Shown here piece after piece: positions 1 to 12,100 of a DNA stretch of 64,000 nucleotides; position 1 is the stretch's first letter, and every line of letters begins with the position of its first letter. Position numbers and translations under genes: made by a program. This stretch comes from an uncultured virus (IMG/VR IMGVR_UViG_3300025287_000001) (taxonomy: Duplodnaviria; Heunggongvirae; Uroviricota; Caudoviricetes): the IMG/VR virus record IMGVR_UViG_3300025287_000001; one strand, 5' to 3'. The notes beneath the pieces are model-generated. The model was given only the letters and a program-made list of their open reading frames with translations. It searched no databases and was not told where the DNA came from.

Positions 1-688
1 CTGATATAGATTGGCCTCCAGAACCTATATTTTGATTGGTAGAGACATACCCTGGGTCCGTAGACAAGCTAAATGGGTAATTTGCGATGCCATCGTCGTC
101 TATAAAGCTAATACTCGCAAGGCTACCGTTGTTCTGAGGAGACGAAATCCTCGCAAGCCTGCTGTCCACCATAATTGTGTACTGAGTCTCGACTAGATCA
201 TCCTGTAGAGGCGTTTCTGGCGAGATCTCTGTAGTATCCAGGCCTTGATCTAGTACGATCGGTTGGCCTCCCAGCGTTTCTCCAAACAGCGTCCCTGAGA
301 TGGAATCTGAGACAAGGTTGTCCTCAGATTCTTGATCCACAGCGACATAGAAGATTGGCTCTGCACCTCTACTCAAGCCTTCCTCTTCATTCAGCCTTAT
401 AACAGGCAAATAAAGCAAATCAGATCTTGGGATTGTCAAGATCTTGCTCTTCATGTTTGATGTATTGTTGGTAGGAGTCTCAAGAATAGGAGTCTGCAAG
501 ATCTCTATATCGTAGTAAGCACTCCCTGATGTATTTGTGTCGTCGTACAAACTATAATCAATCTCATCATCAGCCAAAGCGAACTTCACTATCTTGAAAG
601 AGCCATCTCCTCGGGCCAATCTCTCTCTACCGGCATCAGTAAGTACGGCATCAATGATTATATCACCGCTGTTGTCTAAAAATCCCAT
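1..688 (-). CDS. Virion structural protein (3' end beyond window)
   Basis: ATG at 688 overlaps upstream stop (TAATG); reads MGFLDNSGDIIIDAVLTDAGRERLARGDGSFKIVKFALADDEIDYSLY and stays open to window edge; N-terminus resembles proteins in large-phage tail modules. Confidence 0.8.
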   Translation of the reverse strand, partial: MGFLDNSGDIIIDAVLTDAGRERLARGDGSFKIVKFALADDEIDYSLYDDTNTSGSAYYDIEILQTPILETPTNNTSNMKSKILTIPRSDLLYLPVIRLNEEEGLSRGAEPIFYVAVDQESEDNLVSDSISGTLFGETLGGQPIVLDQGLDTTEISPETPLQDDLVETQYTIMVDSRLARISSPQNNGSLASISFIDDDGIANYPFSLSTDPGYVSTNQNIGSGGQSIS

Positions 689-2763
689 TATTCTCTCTCA
701 CTTCTGTATTTGAATCTTACTTTCATTCTAACTTCTCTTCCAGTATTCTTCGATTTCACCTTTATCATATACTTCTTGCCCCAAACATTGTCAACCCCTC
801 TTCCGAGTCTTACATCTTTCAGGCTATATTCTTTAGAAGTCTTAGATCCATCTAATCCAGAAGCTTCTTCGTTAATTAGGTGCTGATTTATATTAGGCTT
901 TATCCTCAAGAACCTTAGGAATGATTTACTCGTCTCTGCTCCAGAAATATTCTCAATATCGAATATCTTTCTGTCCAAGATGTATAATTCTCCATCTCTT
1001 CGCACCTTCAGTTCGTAAATAGGAGTTGGATTAGATATGTTATCATGAACATCTTGTGATCTTATAATGTAGTAATATGTTTTATCCAGTTCTTGGGGCA
1101 TCTCTCTTACTGGCTTCATATTTGCGAACTTTATAGATCCATTATTATCGGGGACAGTTGTTAAGATCGTAAACCTTTCCCCTGAAGAGAAATCTGTATA
1201 CTTCTTTGGCCTTCGATCCAACCTGTAGATGATATACCTAGTAATAGAATCATCTCCAGAAAACTCAATCTCACTCCCTTCAGGCAAATCAAAGGCTTTG
1301 TAGTACATCGAGTATAAATTTACTTCTCCTCTGTCAACCATAATTGGCTTTTCTATAACCGAGTTCGCCTGTGGAGTAAGTGCGAAATAAACTCGACTGT
1401 CCTGCTGAGGTTTATTGTAAACCCTTACTTCTGGTGGTGGCGGTGGCGAATCCACAACCGTAATATCATCATCACGAACAACAGGTATCTCGAATAATCT
1501 TATCTTTGGCGTTATAATAACGTCTACTGGTATTTTACCCAATTCCAGAAGCCCTTCGAAACCCGCCTCTCCTCTGGGCACTATCTTGTACTCCGCTGTA
1601 TTTGCCAGGACATAAGAATAAAACCTATAACTATTCTCTTCTCCGTATCTTACTTGATTATCAAAATACCTCAGATCTTCTTCATTAGAGGTATTGGGGA
1701 TATAGATATTCTGTTCTCCAAATTTCGTGGATTTTTCTATTCTATATCCGATTAATTCGCTATAGACGGGCGCTCCAAGTATTATATCTTCCACGCTCGG
1801 CATCTTCTTTCGTATCGTGCCAAGAAAACGCTCGAGTAATGCAGAGAAAAACCTTCTATACGTCTCGTTTCCAAACTTTGTAAACTTTTCATAATTCGTT
1901 GTAGAGAAAGAAGAGTTAAATTGCTCCGCAAGTAACGATGATATAACTAAATCTATTGGGGCTTCTCTTACCTTGGTCAATTCATCCTGGCTCTCTATCT
2001 CTATCTCTTTCGTGAATGTAGTAGAGATAGTCCTCATGAAGTATTCATATGCATCAAGTTTCTTCAGGAAACCTCCAAAAGCCCCTGTTAGGGTGTTAGA
2101 TAGCAATATATCTACACCAAATGGCTCTTCAAACTGAGTAGACATAATAGAATTAGAATCAGATGAAAATTCTGAATCAATAAATAAGTTCCTATCATCA
2201 TATGAAAAGACTTGATTCCCGATCTCTGATGCAAGTCTCAAAGAAAAGTTATCTATCGACCTTATAATATCAATATCCCTAGAGGAAGTTCTTTGCTCAA
2301 GCTCCCTGTCGAAGAAGTTGTACCTTGGTGTTACCTCAATATATGGGTTAGATCTTGTGTACGGATTGGTTTTATCACTATATCTCTCGTAAGAAGTATA
2401 TTCTGTTTCTGAGTATTGAAAATTAGTAGTTACATATTCTCTATATTGAGCCTCATACGCCAGTTCTTCGATTGGTCTAGCACCGGGTATCGAATTTATC
2501 GAGCCTCCTTCAGGATCGGGTATGTTCAGCCCTGAAAACTGATCTAATTGATCTGGTTGTTCAGGCACTCTGTTGATATCCAGTATATCTTGAGGAAATG
2601 TGCGCTCAAGAGAGAGGTAAGCCTGCCCTTCCTCAATCGTAAGCCTTACAAGTTGCCTCTCCTCGATGATTTGAGAAGTATTCCTCACATCAGGTAAACG
2701 TAACCTTTCCTTTATCTCCAAAAAAGGTCTTGGAGCTGATTTTATCCTAAATTTCTTTATCAT
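688..2763 (-). CDS. Hypothetical, probable structural protein (691 aa)
   Basis: Long ORF coupled to neighbours in structural operon; beta-rich C-terminal half. Confidence 0.7.
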   Translation of the reverse strand: MIKKFRIKSAPRPFLEIKERLRLPDVRNTSQIIEERQLVRLTIEEGQAYLSLERTFPQDILDINRVPEQPDQLDQFSGLNIPDPEGGSINSIPGARPIEELAYEAQYREYVTTNFQYSETEYTSYERYSDKTNPYTRSNPYIEVTPRYNFFDRELEQRTSSRDIDIIRSIDNFSLRLASEIGNQVFSYDDRNLFIDSEFSSDSNSIMSTQFEEPFGVDILLSNTLTGAFGGFLKKLDAYEYFMRTISTTFTKEIEIESQDELTKVREAPIDLVISSLLAEQFNSSFSTTNYEKFTKFGNETYRRFFSALLERFLGTIRKKMPSVEDIILGAPVYSELIGYRIEKSTKFGEQNIYIPNTSNEEDLRYFDNQVRYGEENSYRFYSYVLANTAEYKIVPRGEAGFEGLLELGKIPVDVIITPKIRLFEIPVVRDDDITVVDSPPPPPEVRVYNKPQQDSRVYFALTPQANSVIEKPIMVDRGEVNLYSMYYKAFDLPEGSEIEFSGDDSITRYIIYRLDRRPKKYTDFSSGERFTILTTVPDNNGSIKFANMKPVREMPQELDKTYYYIIRSQDVHDNISNPTPIYELKVRRDGELYILDRKIFDIENISGAETSKSFLRFLRIKPNINQHLINEEASGLDGSKTSKEYSLKDVRLGRGVDNVWGKKYMIKVKSKNTGREVRMKVRFKYRSERE

Positions 2764-5141
2764 TATAAGAACCTGCTGAATACTACTTGTGGCAAACTAG
2801 AGACAGGACCCGGTGGCGTCACCTCCGTGCTCGTTGGCCTGCGTGAGCCTTCGATGACGATCAGCCCTGTATTATCTTGCAGTTGATATCCTGAGACATT
2901 TTTAATATTTACGTTACGATTTCTGTACCTGTTTCCTCTACATACCAAACTACCAAAACCAATGCTATCTTCATCTAAAACCTTCCACGAGAATACGAGG
3001 TTATCTCCATTTCTCTCTATATCAAGATATCTCATCTCCATGATATTAGAGAAGTTCAAGAAAGCAGACATCTCATCGTTGAAACCGGGTGCCTCTTTAT
3101 TGGAATAGATTCTGGACAGTCCTTGTTGAGATCCTTGCATTGACGCCTTCATAATTCCCTTAACCTGTCTCGGAAGCCTACCGTACCCAGAAACAATCTT
3201 CACATCGCCTTCCAGTAGCTTGGATAATAGTTCTTGAGAAATAACTGGTATAGATTCATCTACCTTATTCTTCTTCCTAGACATATATTTTTCTATCTTT
3301 ACAATAGATGGTTTCTTTATGACTCGATCCCCTTTCTTTTCCTTCGTAGTCTTATCCAGTATTGCGTTAGTGCTGATTTTGTTCTTGATCGAAGAATTAT
3401 AAACACCAGATTTTATTTTAGAAATCTCTCCCCTAAGTAGAGGTTCGCTTCCGTTGAGAATGTCTTCGATATCAGATACATCTTCGATCTGTAATGTCTT
3501 TTCTCTGGAGAGGAATGATAGCGGTGTAACGTATGTAAGTTTATTCCTATCTAATGCACCTGTGATGGCCGTGGAGCCAACAGATAAGTTAGGGTTCTCG
3601 GTATTGAATATTTTTATATCCTCTGCCGTTATCCTGTCCCTATACTCTTGCACTGATAATATTTTAGAATCGAAAAACCTCAACCTAGACCATCCGGTAA
3701 CTTTTACATCAACGCTTCTCTCGAAAGAATCTGCGGCCCCTTTATTATTCTGTTTTTGGTTCTCGAATCCATAAGAGTTAACAGGAGTAATATCATTATT
3801 TATATTTGTGATCAGGTCACTAATTGACATCTTAAGTAAGTAAAGAATATCAACACTAACCGTTATAGGATTCATGAATAAAGAGAATATGCCAGTATTG
3901 AATTGAGGAATATATCTCTTTAGGATATCCACAAACTCCGTAGTCATATTCCTTATTCTTTCAAATTCCCTGTCGCTAACCTGGCTTCCGCCTCTGGATC
4001 TGTTTTCTATAGAGGAAAGCTCTGATCTTATCGTATCAAGAGTCACTAGATCCTTGGACGCAGTATCTTTTAGTCTGTTTTCTATCTCGAAATAGAAGTT
4101 ATAGTTGAAAGATGATGGACTATCTAGGTTTATCGTTTTATCTCTAAACAAAAATACAGACACAGACTTCTTTGTGAATATATGAATTAAATCATACTCT
4201 TCAGACTGTATAGAAGTCTGTCTATCTAATTTCCCTAGTGATGCTATATTCTTATATTCCCTAAACTCTCTATCATACTTGAGTGATCTAGAACATCTAA
4301 AGGCGTTTATACCAAAGAAATCTTCATATTTTACATCTTCGCCTATAAATCTATAAGTGGTGCTATTGTAGTATTGTTTGTGGTCAAAGGAGATAATGCA
4401 ATCAAACGAATCAGGCGAGAGCCTCTCTGAAAAGACTTTAAAAGGATTTACATCCCTACCCTTGGGGGCACCAAATGACGGTATCCTGTACCTAGACTCC
4501 CTAATATCTTGCACCAGTATGTTTGGAATATCTACCTTCTCTAATGGAAGCCCGTTAATTGTCTTAAACACCTGGTTCTCGATCTTTACCTCGCCACCAA
4601 ATATCTTCCTATCGGGGAGCCTGAAGAAAGACATCACCTCCTTAGCCTCTCCGCCTTCTAATACAGGAATAGTTCTCCTAGCAGACCTTAGGAACCTTTC
4701 CTCGGTAGGTAAAATAGCGATATCATCGAGAACATCCTGAAGGTCCACAGAGACCTGAAGAGTTAGGTATACATTATCTGTATTAGGGATACTTGCTTCT
4801 AGTGAATGTTTTAGCTGGTATAGTACTTCTGTTTCAACAGAGTCCAGTTTCTCTACTTTAAAATCCTCTACAGTCAAAATTCTTCGAACAAGAAGATTAT
4901 TTAAGGCTTTATCAGAATACAAGTTAACTTCCCAGGTCAAACTTTCAGAGAAATCAAGAGACTCCAGCCAAGAAGACGCAGATAGTATGTTTGATTTATA
5001 GAAAGAAGAGATCTCTATCTCTAGCCCTATCCCCTGTAGTGACTTTTCTGACACCTTTACAGAACTAATTCTGCTAGTTGGAAGAAAATTCTCCTCCAGT
5101 TCTGATAAATTAAATTCTGCTATAAAGTTAGTCACACTCAT
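2763..5141 (-). CDS. Hypothetical, probable structural protein (792 aa)
   Basis: Long ORF overlapping neighbours. Confidence 0.7.
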   Translation of the reverse strand: MSVTNFIAEFNLSELEENFLPTSRISSVKVSEKSLQGIGLEIEISSFYKSNILSASSWLESLDFSESLTWEVNLYSDKALNNLLVRRILTVEDFKVEKLDSVETEVLYQLKHSLEASIPNTDNVYLTLQVSVDLQDVLDDIAILPTEERFLRSARRTIPVLEGGEAKEVMSFFRLPDRKIFGGEVKIENQVFKTINGLPLEKVDIPNILVQDIRESRYRIPSFGAPKGRDVNPFKVFSERLSPDSFDCIISFDHKQYYNSTTYRFIGEDVKYEDFFGINAFRCSRSLKYDREFREYKNIASLGKLDRQTSIQSEEYDLIHIFTKKSVSVFLFRDKTINLDSPSSFNYNFYFEIENRLKDTASKDLVTLDTIRSELSSIENRSRGGSQVSDREFERIRNMTTEFVDILKRYIPQFNTGIFSLFMNPITVSVDILYLLKMSISDLITNINNDITPVNSYGFENQKQNNKGAADSFERSVDVKVTGWSRLRFFDSKILSVQEYRDRITAEDIKIFNTENPNLSVGSTAITGALDRNKLTYVTPLSFLSREKTLQIEDVSDIEDILNGSEPLLRGEISKIKSGVYNSSIKNKISTNAILDKTTKEKKGDRVIKKPSIVKIEKYMSRKKNKVDESIPVISQELLSKLLEGDVKIVSGYGRLPRQVKGIMKASMQGSQQGLSRIYSNKEAPGFNDEMSAFLNFSNIMEMRYLDIERNGDNLVFSWKVLDEDSIGFGSLVCRGNRYRNRNVNIKNVSGYQLQDNTGLIVIEGSRRPTSTEVTPPGPVSSLPQVVFSRFL

Positions 5142-6126
5142 CTCCAGAAGGCCCAGTTAAATTGGTTTCTACATCAGGCCTCAGCTTTCTCTTGTCGCAC
5201 CCACATCCAACATCATCATTTACAAATATGTTGTAGCTCTTTTTCTCTATGCCGTGCCTGCAATATACTTCGTTCGGGACTTCAAAATCAACTTCTACAT
5301 CAAAATATGTCTCTACGCGCCTATCTTCAGGTATGCTGATTTCTTCGAGTGATACTAGATTCTTATCAATCATTACATCATTGACAACATTTGTCGCTTC
5401 TTTCTCAAAGTACAACCTCTTCATGAACTCTTCGGAGCCTATCTCTTCTATTTCAAAGATCTCGATATCAAACATCTCATTCAGTATATCAACATTATCT
5501 TCTGAAGTTTCAAAAAGCAAGTACCCATTTTCTACTATTACAGTCCCGCCATCACTAAATGGAGAAAACGCATATTGAAATTCTGTAATATCGAAGCTTG
5601 ATAAATCGTCAACACCTTCTGAGAAAAAACCTCCATCCTGGGGTTCCCTGGAAACGAAGGGAGTAGTCTCTTCCTTGTTAATGGAAATAAAGAATGTTCC
5701 CAAGTCAATTTCGTAGTCCTCTTTATCTTTTTCTACCGATTCAAATTTATGGTTGTATACCCTAGAATATAGGTTACTAGCTGATTGGTTGCCTATGCCA
5801 CTATTACCAAGAGCAGACTCAATTTTGCCGAATACTTCTTCTTGATCTTCTATAGAAAGATTGTCTACATCAAGAGATTGATAATTTAAACTCTCTTCTC
5901 TTGACTTGAAAGTCACCTGCGTAGACAGCCTAGGAGTATCGTTAGTGATTCTAGACTCTGCGTCTTCTTGGTTTTCTTCTATACCCGCGTATGAGGCATC
6001 ATAAAGAATGTCATCATCAAAGAATCTATAATAAAAAGGATGCAACTTCCCCTCGGAATACAATCTTTTTCCATGAGGGGTTAGTTTTATATCAATTTCC
6101 CTTTCTTTTTTATCTAAAAAGCTCAT
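5128..6126 (-). CDS. Virion structural protein, N-terminus similar to ORF 1-688
   Basis: MSFLDKKEREIDIKLTPHGKRLYSEG..FFDDDILYD aligns by eye with MGFLDNSGDIIIDAVLTDAGRERLARG..LADDEIDY. Confidence 0.7.
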   Translation of the reverse strand: MSFLDKKEREIDIKLTPHGKRLYSEGKLHPFYYRFFDDDILYDASYAGIEENQEDAESRITNDTPRLSTQVTFKSREESLNYQSLDVDNLSIEDQEEVFGKIESALGNSGIGNQSASNLYSRVYNHKFESVEKDKEDYEIDLGTFFISINKEETTPFVSREPQDGGFFSEGVDDLSSFDITEFQYAFSPFSDGGTVIVENGYLLFETSEDNVDILNEMFDIEIFEIEEIGSEEFMKRLYFEKEATNVVNDVMIDKNLVSLEEISIPEDRRVETYFDVEVDFEVPNEVYCRHGIEKKSYNIFVNDDVGCGCDKRKLRPDVETNLTGPSGDECD

Positions 6127-9100
6127 TTCTTATTTGATACTCTTGGGTTTCTCTTTTTCTGCTCAGAAGAATCAGACTCCAGACTTATCCTATCGCCTAT
6201 ATCAATTTGCTCTTCGTTGATACTATTGCTTATGAGGACATTCTTCTTTGCCATAATAGAGTTTCTATTTACCTTATCGCCTATTCTTATCGCCTCATCA
6301 AAGTTAACATCCCTGTCTTCAGAAGCGCCCTCTCCCGTCGCGAAGAACCCAGCAGATATCTTTACCCTGTCTATTAAAGAAAAGTAATCATATGGCCAGT
6401 TATAACTATATGACGGTGTACTGTTATCAAATACCTCAAACTCGAACCGACTATCATCAGACTTGTCAGCAGTAAGGTTAAAGTAGCTCTTCTCAGCCTT
6501 CTTCTTTATCTTAAAGACAAGAAACTTCATGTCTTTTGGCGGGACTATCCCGCCAAAAAACTCAAACCTATCTATCTTGTGTGATATATTCTTGGAGGCA
6601 ATATTCATGGTCTTAGCAATTTCAGGCATCTTGCCAAGCCATATATTCGATAGGTCATCTTTTGATAATTCCTCACTAAATTCTGCAATATAGAAAACGA
6701 ACGGGTCGATACTCCTATCCTCGACATAATTCATAAACGGAGGAACAACATACTCCTTCATTTTAGTAATCGTGTTAGAGATAGAAGTGCTATCAATAGA
6801 AACCTGACTATCAAAATCTCCTACTGTTACTGCTGGTCTATTAGAATTAATATTAACCAACTGTTTGTTGAAAATGTCTTTTTTGACAGGAATACAGTTA
6901 AATCCATTCACATAAACTGTTTCGCTGTTTGGAGTTTCTGTTATGGGGATTATCGCAACTGCTTCATATATCTTCTTGCTACCTGCCACCTTCCCTAGCT
7001 TTGAAGAAGTAGGAGTAAATCCACAAATATCAATAAGACTGCCTTCAACTGTCCTGTCCAAATTAGGAGTCCTCTCTATACTCATAAAGACTCCTGATTG
7101 CTGACTTAGCTGGTTCGCGTCATTAAACCATGTCATCCCGAATCCATCATCATCAATTGTATCTTCATCAATATCAAATACTGGACATTCCCACTTTGGA
7201 TAGATTGCCCAGGCATCACCATCGTTGCCTTCTGAATCTTTTATAGATGTTGGAGCGTAACTGTAACCATTCTCTTCTGAGAAAGTAAGGTTATCTGTAT
7301 CAAACTGAACCTTCTTGACTTTCGTCTTGGAAAGTAGGCTCAAGCAAGAATCCAACCTAACCCTACCCTCATACGCAGGTGATGTTGGGTTACTAAGGTT
7401 TGTGGCTCCATCACCTACATCATAAAACTTTTCATTAAGGTCCTTGTTGATATACTCTATCTCTGCATTAGAAAGTATGTCGCCTAACGTAGGCTTACCT
7501 GAAACTTCAGGAGTATACTTTATTCTAGCAACTGATTCACCGTAAATATAAGGAGGAGCCCATGGTGCCTGTGCAGGATCTTCTATGAAGTCTGATCTAT
7601 TATCAGTAATCGCCCCTGATGGATATTCTATCCTTGAGCAATCCAAACTTTCCTTAAAATACCTTGCGGGTGGACCGAAGAACTTACCGTAATTATCGTC
7701 TTGAACGACCCCAGATACTTTTTCTTTTACAGGTTTAAAGTTAAAAGCTTTCAGAGAAACATCCATAACATAAGTCTTACCGGCTTCGACATCCTTGAAT
7801 TTCTCTTCCGGCATTGAGGTAAAGGTAGTAAGATCGCTCCCTTCCACGAAGAACCTCACAGCTTCCCCGAAGAAGTTATTAGCAGCTAACCTATACAAGG
7901 GAGACTCTTCTCTTCCTGTCCACTGGGCGTATGGATAAATGTAGTCTTCGTCCTGATCTGTGTAGTACTCAGGGCCTAGCCACCACACCTTAGAATCTGT
8001 AGATACTCCGTTCTCAGCAGATGTAGCAGGCGTTATAGGGATTCCGAGGCTTGGATCTAATATAGCTTCGAAGGGAACTCTCAAGTTTGGCTTGTAATCT
8101 ATCATCCTCTGATAGTAATAGCTCGTCCCTGTATTATTATCTTCTACGTTAAGCCTTTGTGTATAGAAGTATGGCGCATAGCCTCTATTTTCAAGTGGTT
8201 GATGGAAGTTCACATTACCTTCATATGAAATGAACTCCAAACAGGTTTTCCCAATCTGTATATCTGACGAAGCAAAAGAACTATTGTTTATCGCAAAATC
8301 TTCATTGTAAGAAGCGGATAACTTTAGTGGGTTATCTATCCTTAATGAGTTATCTCTCATTAATGAGTTATTCAGGAAAACATTGTCTATCAACTCTTCA
8401 CTTATAAAGTTTGGAACAGCATCTTCATCAATTTTGTATATTTGCTTTACCATCCTCTGCAAAGTAGGTTCAACACTCTCGAAGGTAGAAAGATCACCAT
8501 ATGAGAACGTAGCAATAAGCGTATTCTCTACGATATCAATATTCCCAAGCCTCTTACACGCTCTGGACTCCACTGCATTTTGAATGAGAGGCCCAGCAGT
8601 AGCTGTAGCACTAATGCCGTATCCAGTCCCTGTGTCTGCCTCATACTGAACATTACTCAATGTAGGACCAGCAGTAAGTACGCCACTTGTATATGTTACA
8701 GAATCTGGATCTACATAATAAACCCTATCATCGTAATAGAGTATTCCCTCTGACTTACAGGAAGAGCCAAAAACAAGTTCATATGTCTCATTGTCTGCAC
8801 TATTGTAAGTATAGACTTGATGTATATCCGAGTACCTTGTAGGAGTAACAGGAAAAGAGGCAATATTACCTGCTGGATCATTTATATCCGCGCCTGGGAT
8901 ATTAGTAGTCAGGACGTAGTGATAATACTCAACATCATTTGCAGACTGATCTCTCTGTATAGGAAAGACAACCAAGTTTTCTGACCTTAAAACTTCTGCG
9001 CACACTGAATTTCCGTAAGAATTTAACTCTTGTGGCGTAGATCCATCAGCAGATCCTGGGTAGATGAAGTTTGCACCACTCCCTACATTATCAGGGAAGT

Positions 9101-12100
9101 TTATCGTGTAAACAACGGTCATCCCAGTAGCTATATCATAATGCTCAATGGTTACATCATGATCGAGTTCGTATGTAACTCCATCATCAAAAGTAACAAT
9201 ATAGTCAGTATGGTTTATTGTTCTGTTATCGTTATTAATCTCGTTGTCTAGAGGCACTAAGCCTATCTGATAGTGAAGAGAATCAAAATCAAAAGTCCTT
9301 GCTGCTGTATCGTTAACCCCATACCCAATAAAGAATTTCAGAACATTACTAGTCTGAATAGAATTAACGCCAATAGATTGAAAATTAACTGTCTGGCCAT
9401 CTCTTATTGCACCAAAACACACCCTAGAAGGGAAATACTCGATTACGCATTCGGCTCTATTGCTGCCATTAACTGTCTGGTTTCCGCCCGCCGTAAGAAG
9501 TGTATGAGGGTTGACTCTGACAAAATCATACCGATCCCCCCTATCCCAAACATGGTAGATGTAAATTGGAAACTCTCCCTTAGGATCACTTGGATCTTCG
9601 CCCGTTTCTGAATCAGGACCCCTCCTCAAGGCTATAAAGGCAAACGAGTTCTCATCCTTGGTCGAAGTATCAACCATGCCGTTCGCAATAAACTCCCAAT
9701 GGAAAGAAGAAGCCTGAGTCTCTGTTAGTAAGTCTTCGAAGAAATCAATCTCGTACTTCAGGGCATAAGTGCCATCTTCATCTTTCGTGTACCAGAAGAA
9801 TTTGGGGCCAGTCTCACCTACGCCAGGATTGGTATATCTTACGCCATATTTTCTAAACCTATCAGCAGATTCTTGATCCTGACTGAAATCAACCCCGTTA
9901 GCGTCTTGTTGTGTAACATCGTACCTGCCTGGGTGATATGCAACAAAATCTGTTCCCGCAAAGCAATGATTGATGCCAAACAAGATATCATTAACAGCAT
10001 CACTATTATCTAAATCATAAAAGCCATAAGATGCTTGATCCTCTCTGCTGTCTATAATCTCAAGACACGCATCTCTCCCCTGGAAGGTTGCCCAGTCCAT
10101 GGCAATTCCTGACTTGATGCTGTTAAGTGCAATCCCAGGAGCGTAGAAAGGCTGCGTAAACGCCTGTGCAGATCTAAAGTTTGCGGATGTATCTGTCTCT
10201 GCCTCGTTATACAAATGAGGCTTATAATCAGATAGAAATTGTTCTGCTAACTGAGAAACTCTGTTTACAGGGTAAAAGCCATTATAGGGAATCATCTTCT
10301 TGATGGCTCCGACATCAAGCTCAAAATGTAGGTCAAGATCTGGTTCTTTATCCAGATGCTCTTCCATGTCTTCAATGGCGTCGGGCATTAAATCTGAAAA
10401 AGCATAAGTCCTGAAGAATTTCTCCTCTAAACCAGAATCCTCATCAGACCCTTGAGAAGATGATTCTAACTCGGCATCAACAGCAGAACCCTGGAGAGTC
10501 AGAAACTTATCATTTCTAGCTACAAACTCTCCACCTGCCTCTTGCACATAAAAAGACATATTCCTAGATATGTTAAACTCAGGTACAACATTATAATCTT
10601 TTGATTTGACTTTGACATCACACTCCCACTCTTCAATCGTATCATAGAAAGGTTTATCCTCGCTATCATAACTATTAAATGTTGCAGAGTTTAGTAATGT
10701 ATAATCTACAGAAGATGTTCCTGTGTTATACACAGCATCTGAATATACATGATAGAAATTTGTAAAAATCCTATCTGAATCTGTATCCGTAGCTAACTTA
10801 ACAAATTTGCTTGCAAAGTAATCATTTCTCGGGCCGTTTAGATACCCAAGGTACACCAGGCCTATAGTATCCAATTCTAGATTAACAAACGAATCAAAAG
10901 CACCGTCAGTAGGCCATGACGAAGGATAGTAAACAACCTCATCATCAGAAGCGAAACTAGGAGACACATATGTCCAAGAACCAGAGATAACGGTAGTATC
11001 GTTTCTATCCTCTACGTGATGCCATCCTACGTTATCTCTATTCTGTCTATCAGCTTCATCTTCTTTCCATGAAAGTCTTAAACTGTTAGAGCTTACAGTA
11101 GTAGAAGGCTCGTCCCTGTAAAAATATCTGGTTCTCGCCAACAAGGTCCCAGAGTTTCTACGAGAAGGATAAACCCTGTCTGATCTCGAAACGCCATGGA
11201 GCTTGAATAACTCCGCATCTAGGTATCCTTCTCTGATCGCCTCATATGGCGTTTGTTGATTAATCGTGAACTGGTCTAAGGCCTCGTCTAAAGTAACCGC
11301 TGAGAATCGCTCTCGCGTACTCTGGTGAGATATTTCGATACCTTGTAAGCCGTCTCCTGGGACCACTAGGGAAATCTTGACCGGATCGTTGTACGAAACA
11401 GGGCCTTCTAGCCACTGAAAGTAACCATCGGATAACCTGTAGCTAGATTCGCTCTCCAAGATCTCGTAAGAAATAGAAGATCTGTTCTCATAAACATCAT
11501 CATCATGCAGCGAGATCTGATTAAACCTCTTGAGGTCTCTTGCCTCAGGGTGCTCTGATGCCCTTAGCTGCCTCCAAGAGGAAAATCCATATCTATTTCT
11601 AGTAACATCGTAATACTCAAGATTATCAGTATCTACACCATTCAACTTAGCAAAGTGCGAATCTTCAGTAGATACTTCTGTACCATTAGGGAGGTAATAG
11701 AAGGTAACTGTATCGTCTTCATACTGGATACCCTTATAGTCAGGATTTACATCATAGACATTAATTGATTCTCCCGTGCCATCAGATAGATCTGGTACAA
11801 CATCTCCATCTTCAGGTATCGAAGATCCTGTAGTCCCGTTATTAATCCAATATACGCTATATGGATTAGCAGGTATCGCGTGAGATACAAAATTATTATC
11901 TAATCTTTCCTTGTATTGAACCGTACCTGAAACATCTTCTGCTACAAATCTCCTGTTTCTGTTTATCTTGTGATAAGCAGCGATCTCAGACCCAAGCGTT
12001 GTATCTGAAGTAATGTAGTTAAAGTTGTATCCAGTTGGTGATGCAATCTTTTCCGAGCTAAATTGACTATACCTATCATATGCCCTCCTGACCTGAAGAT

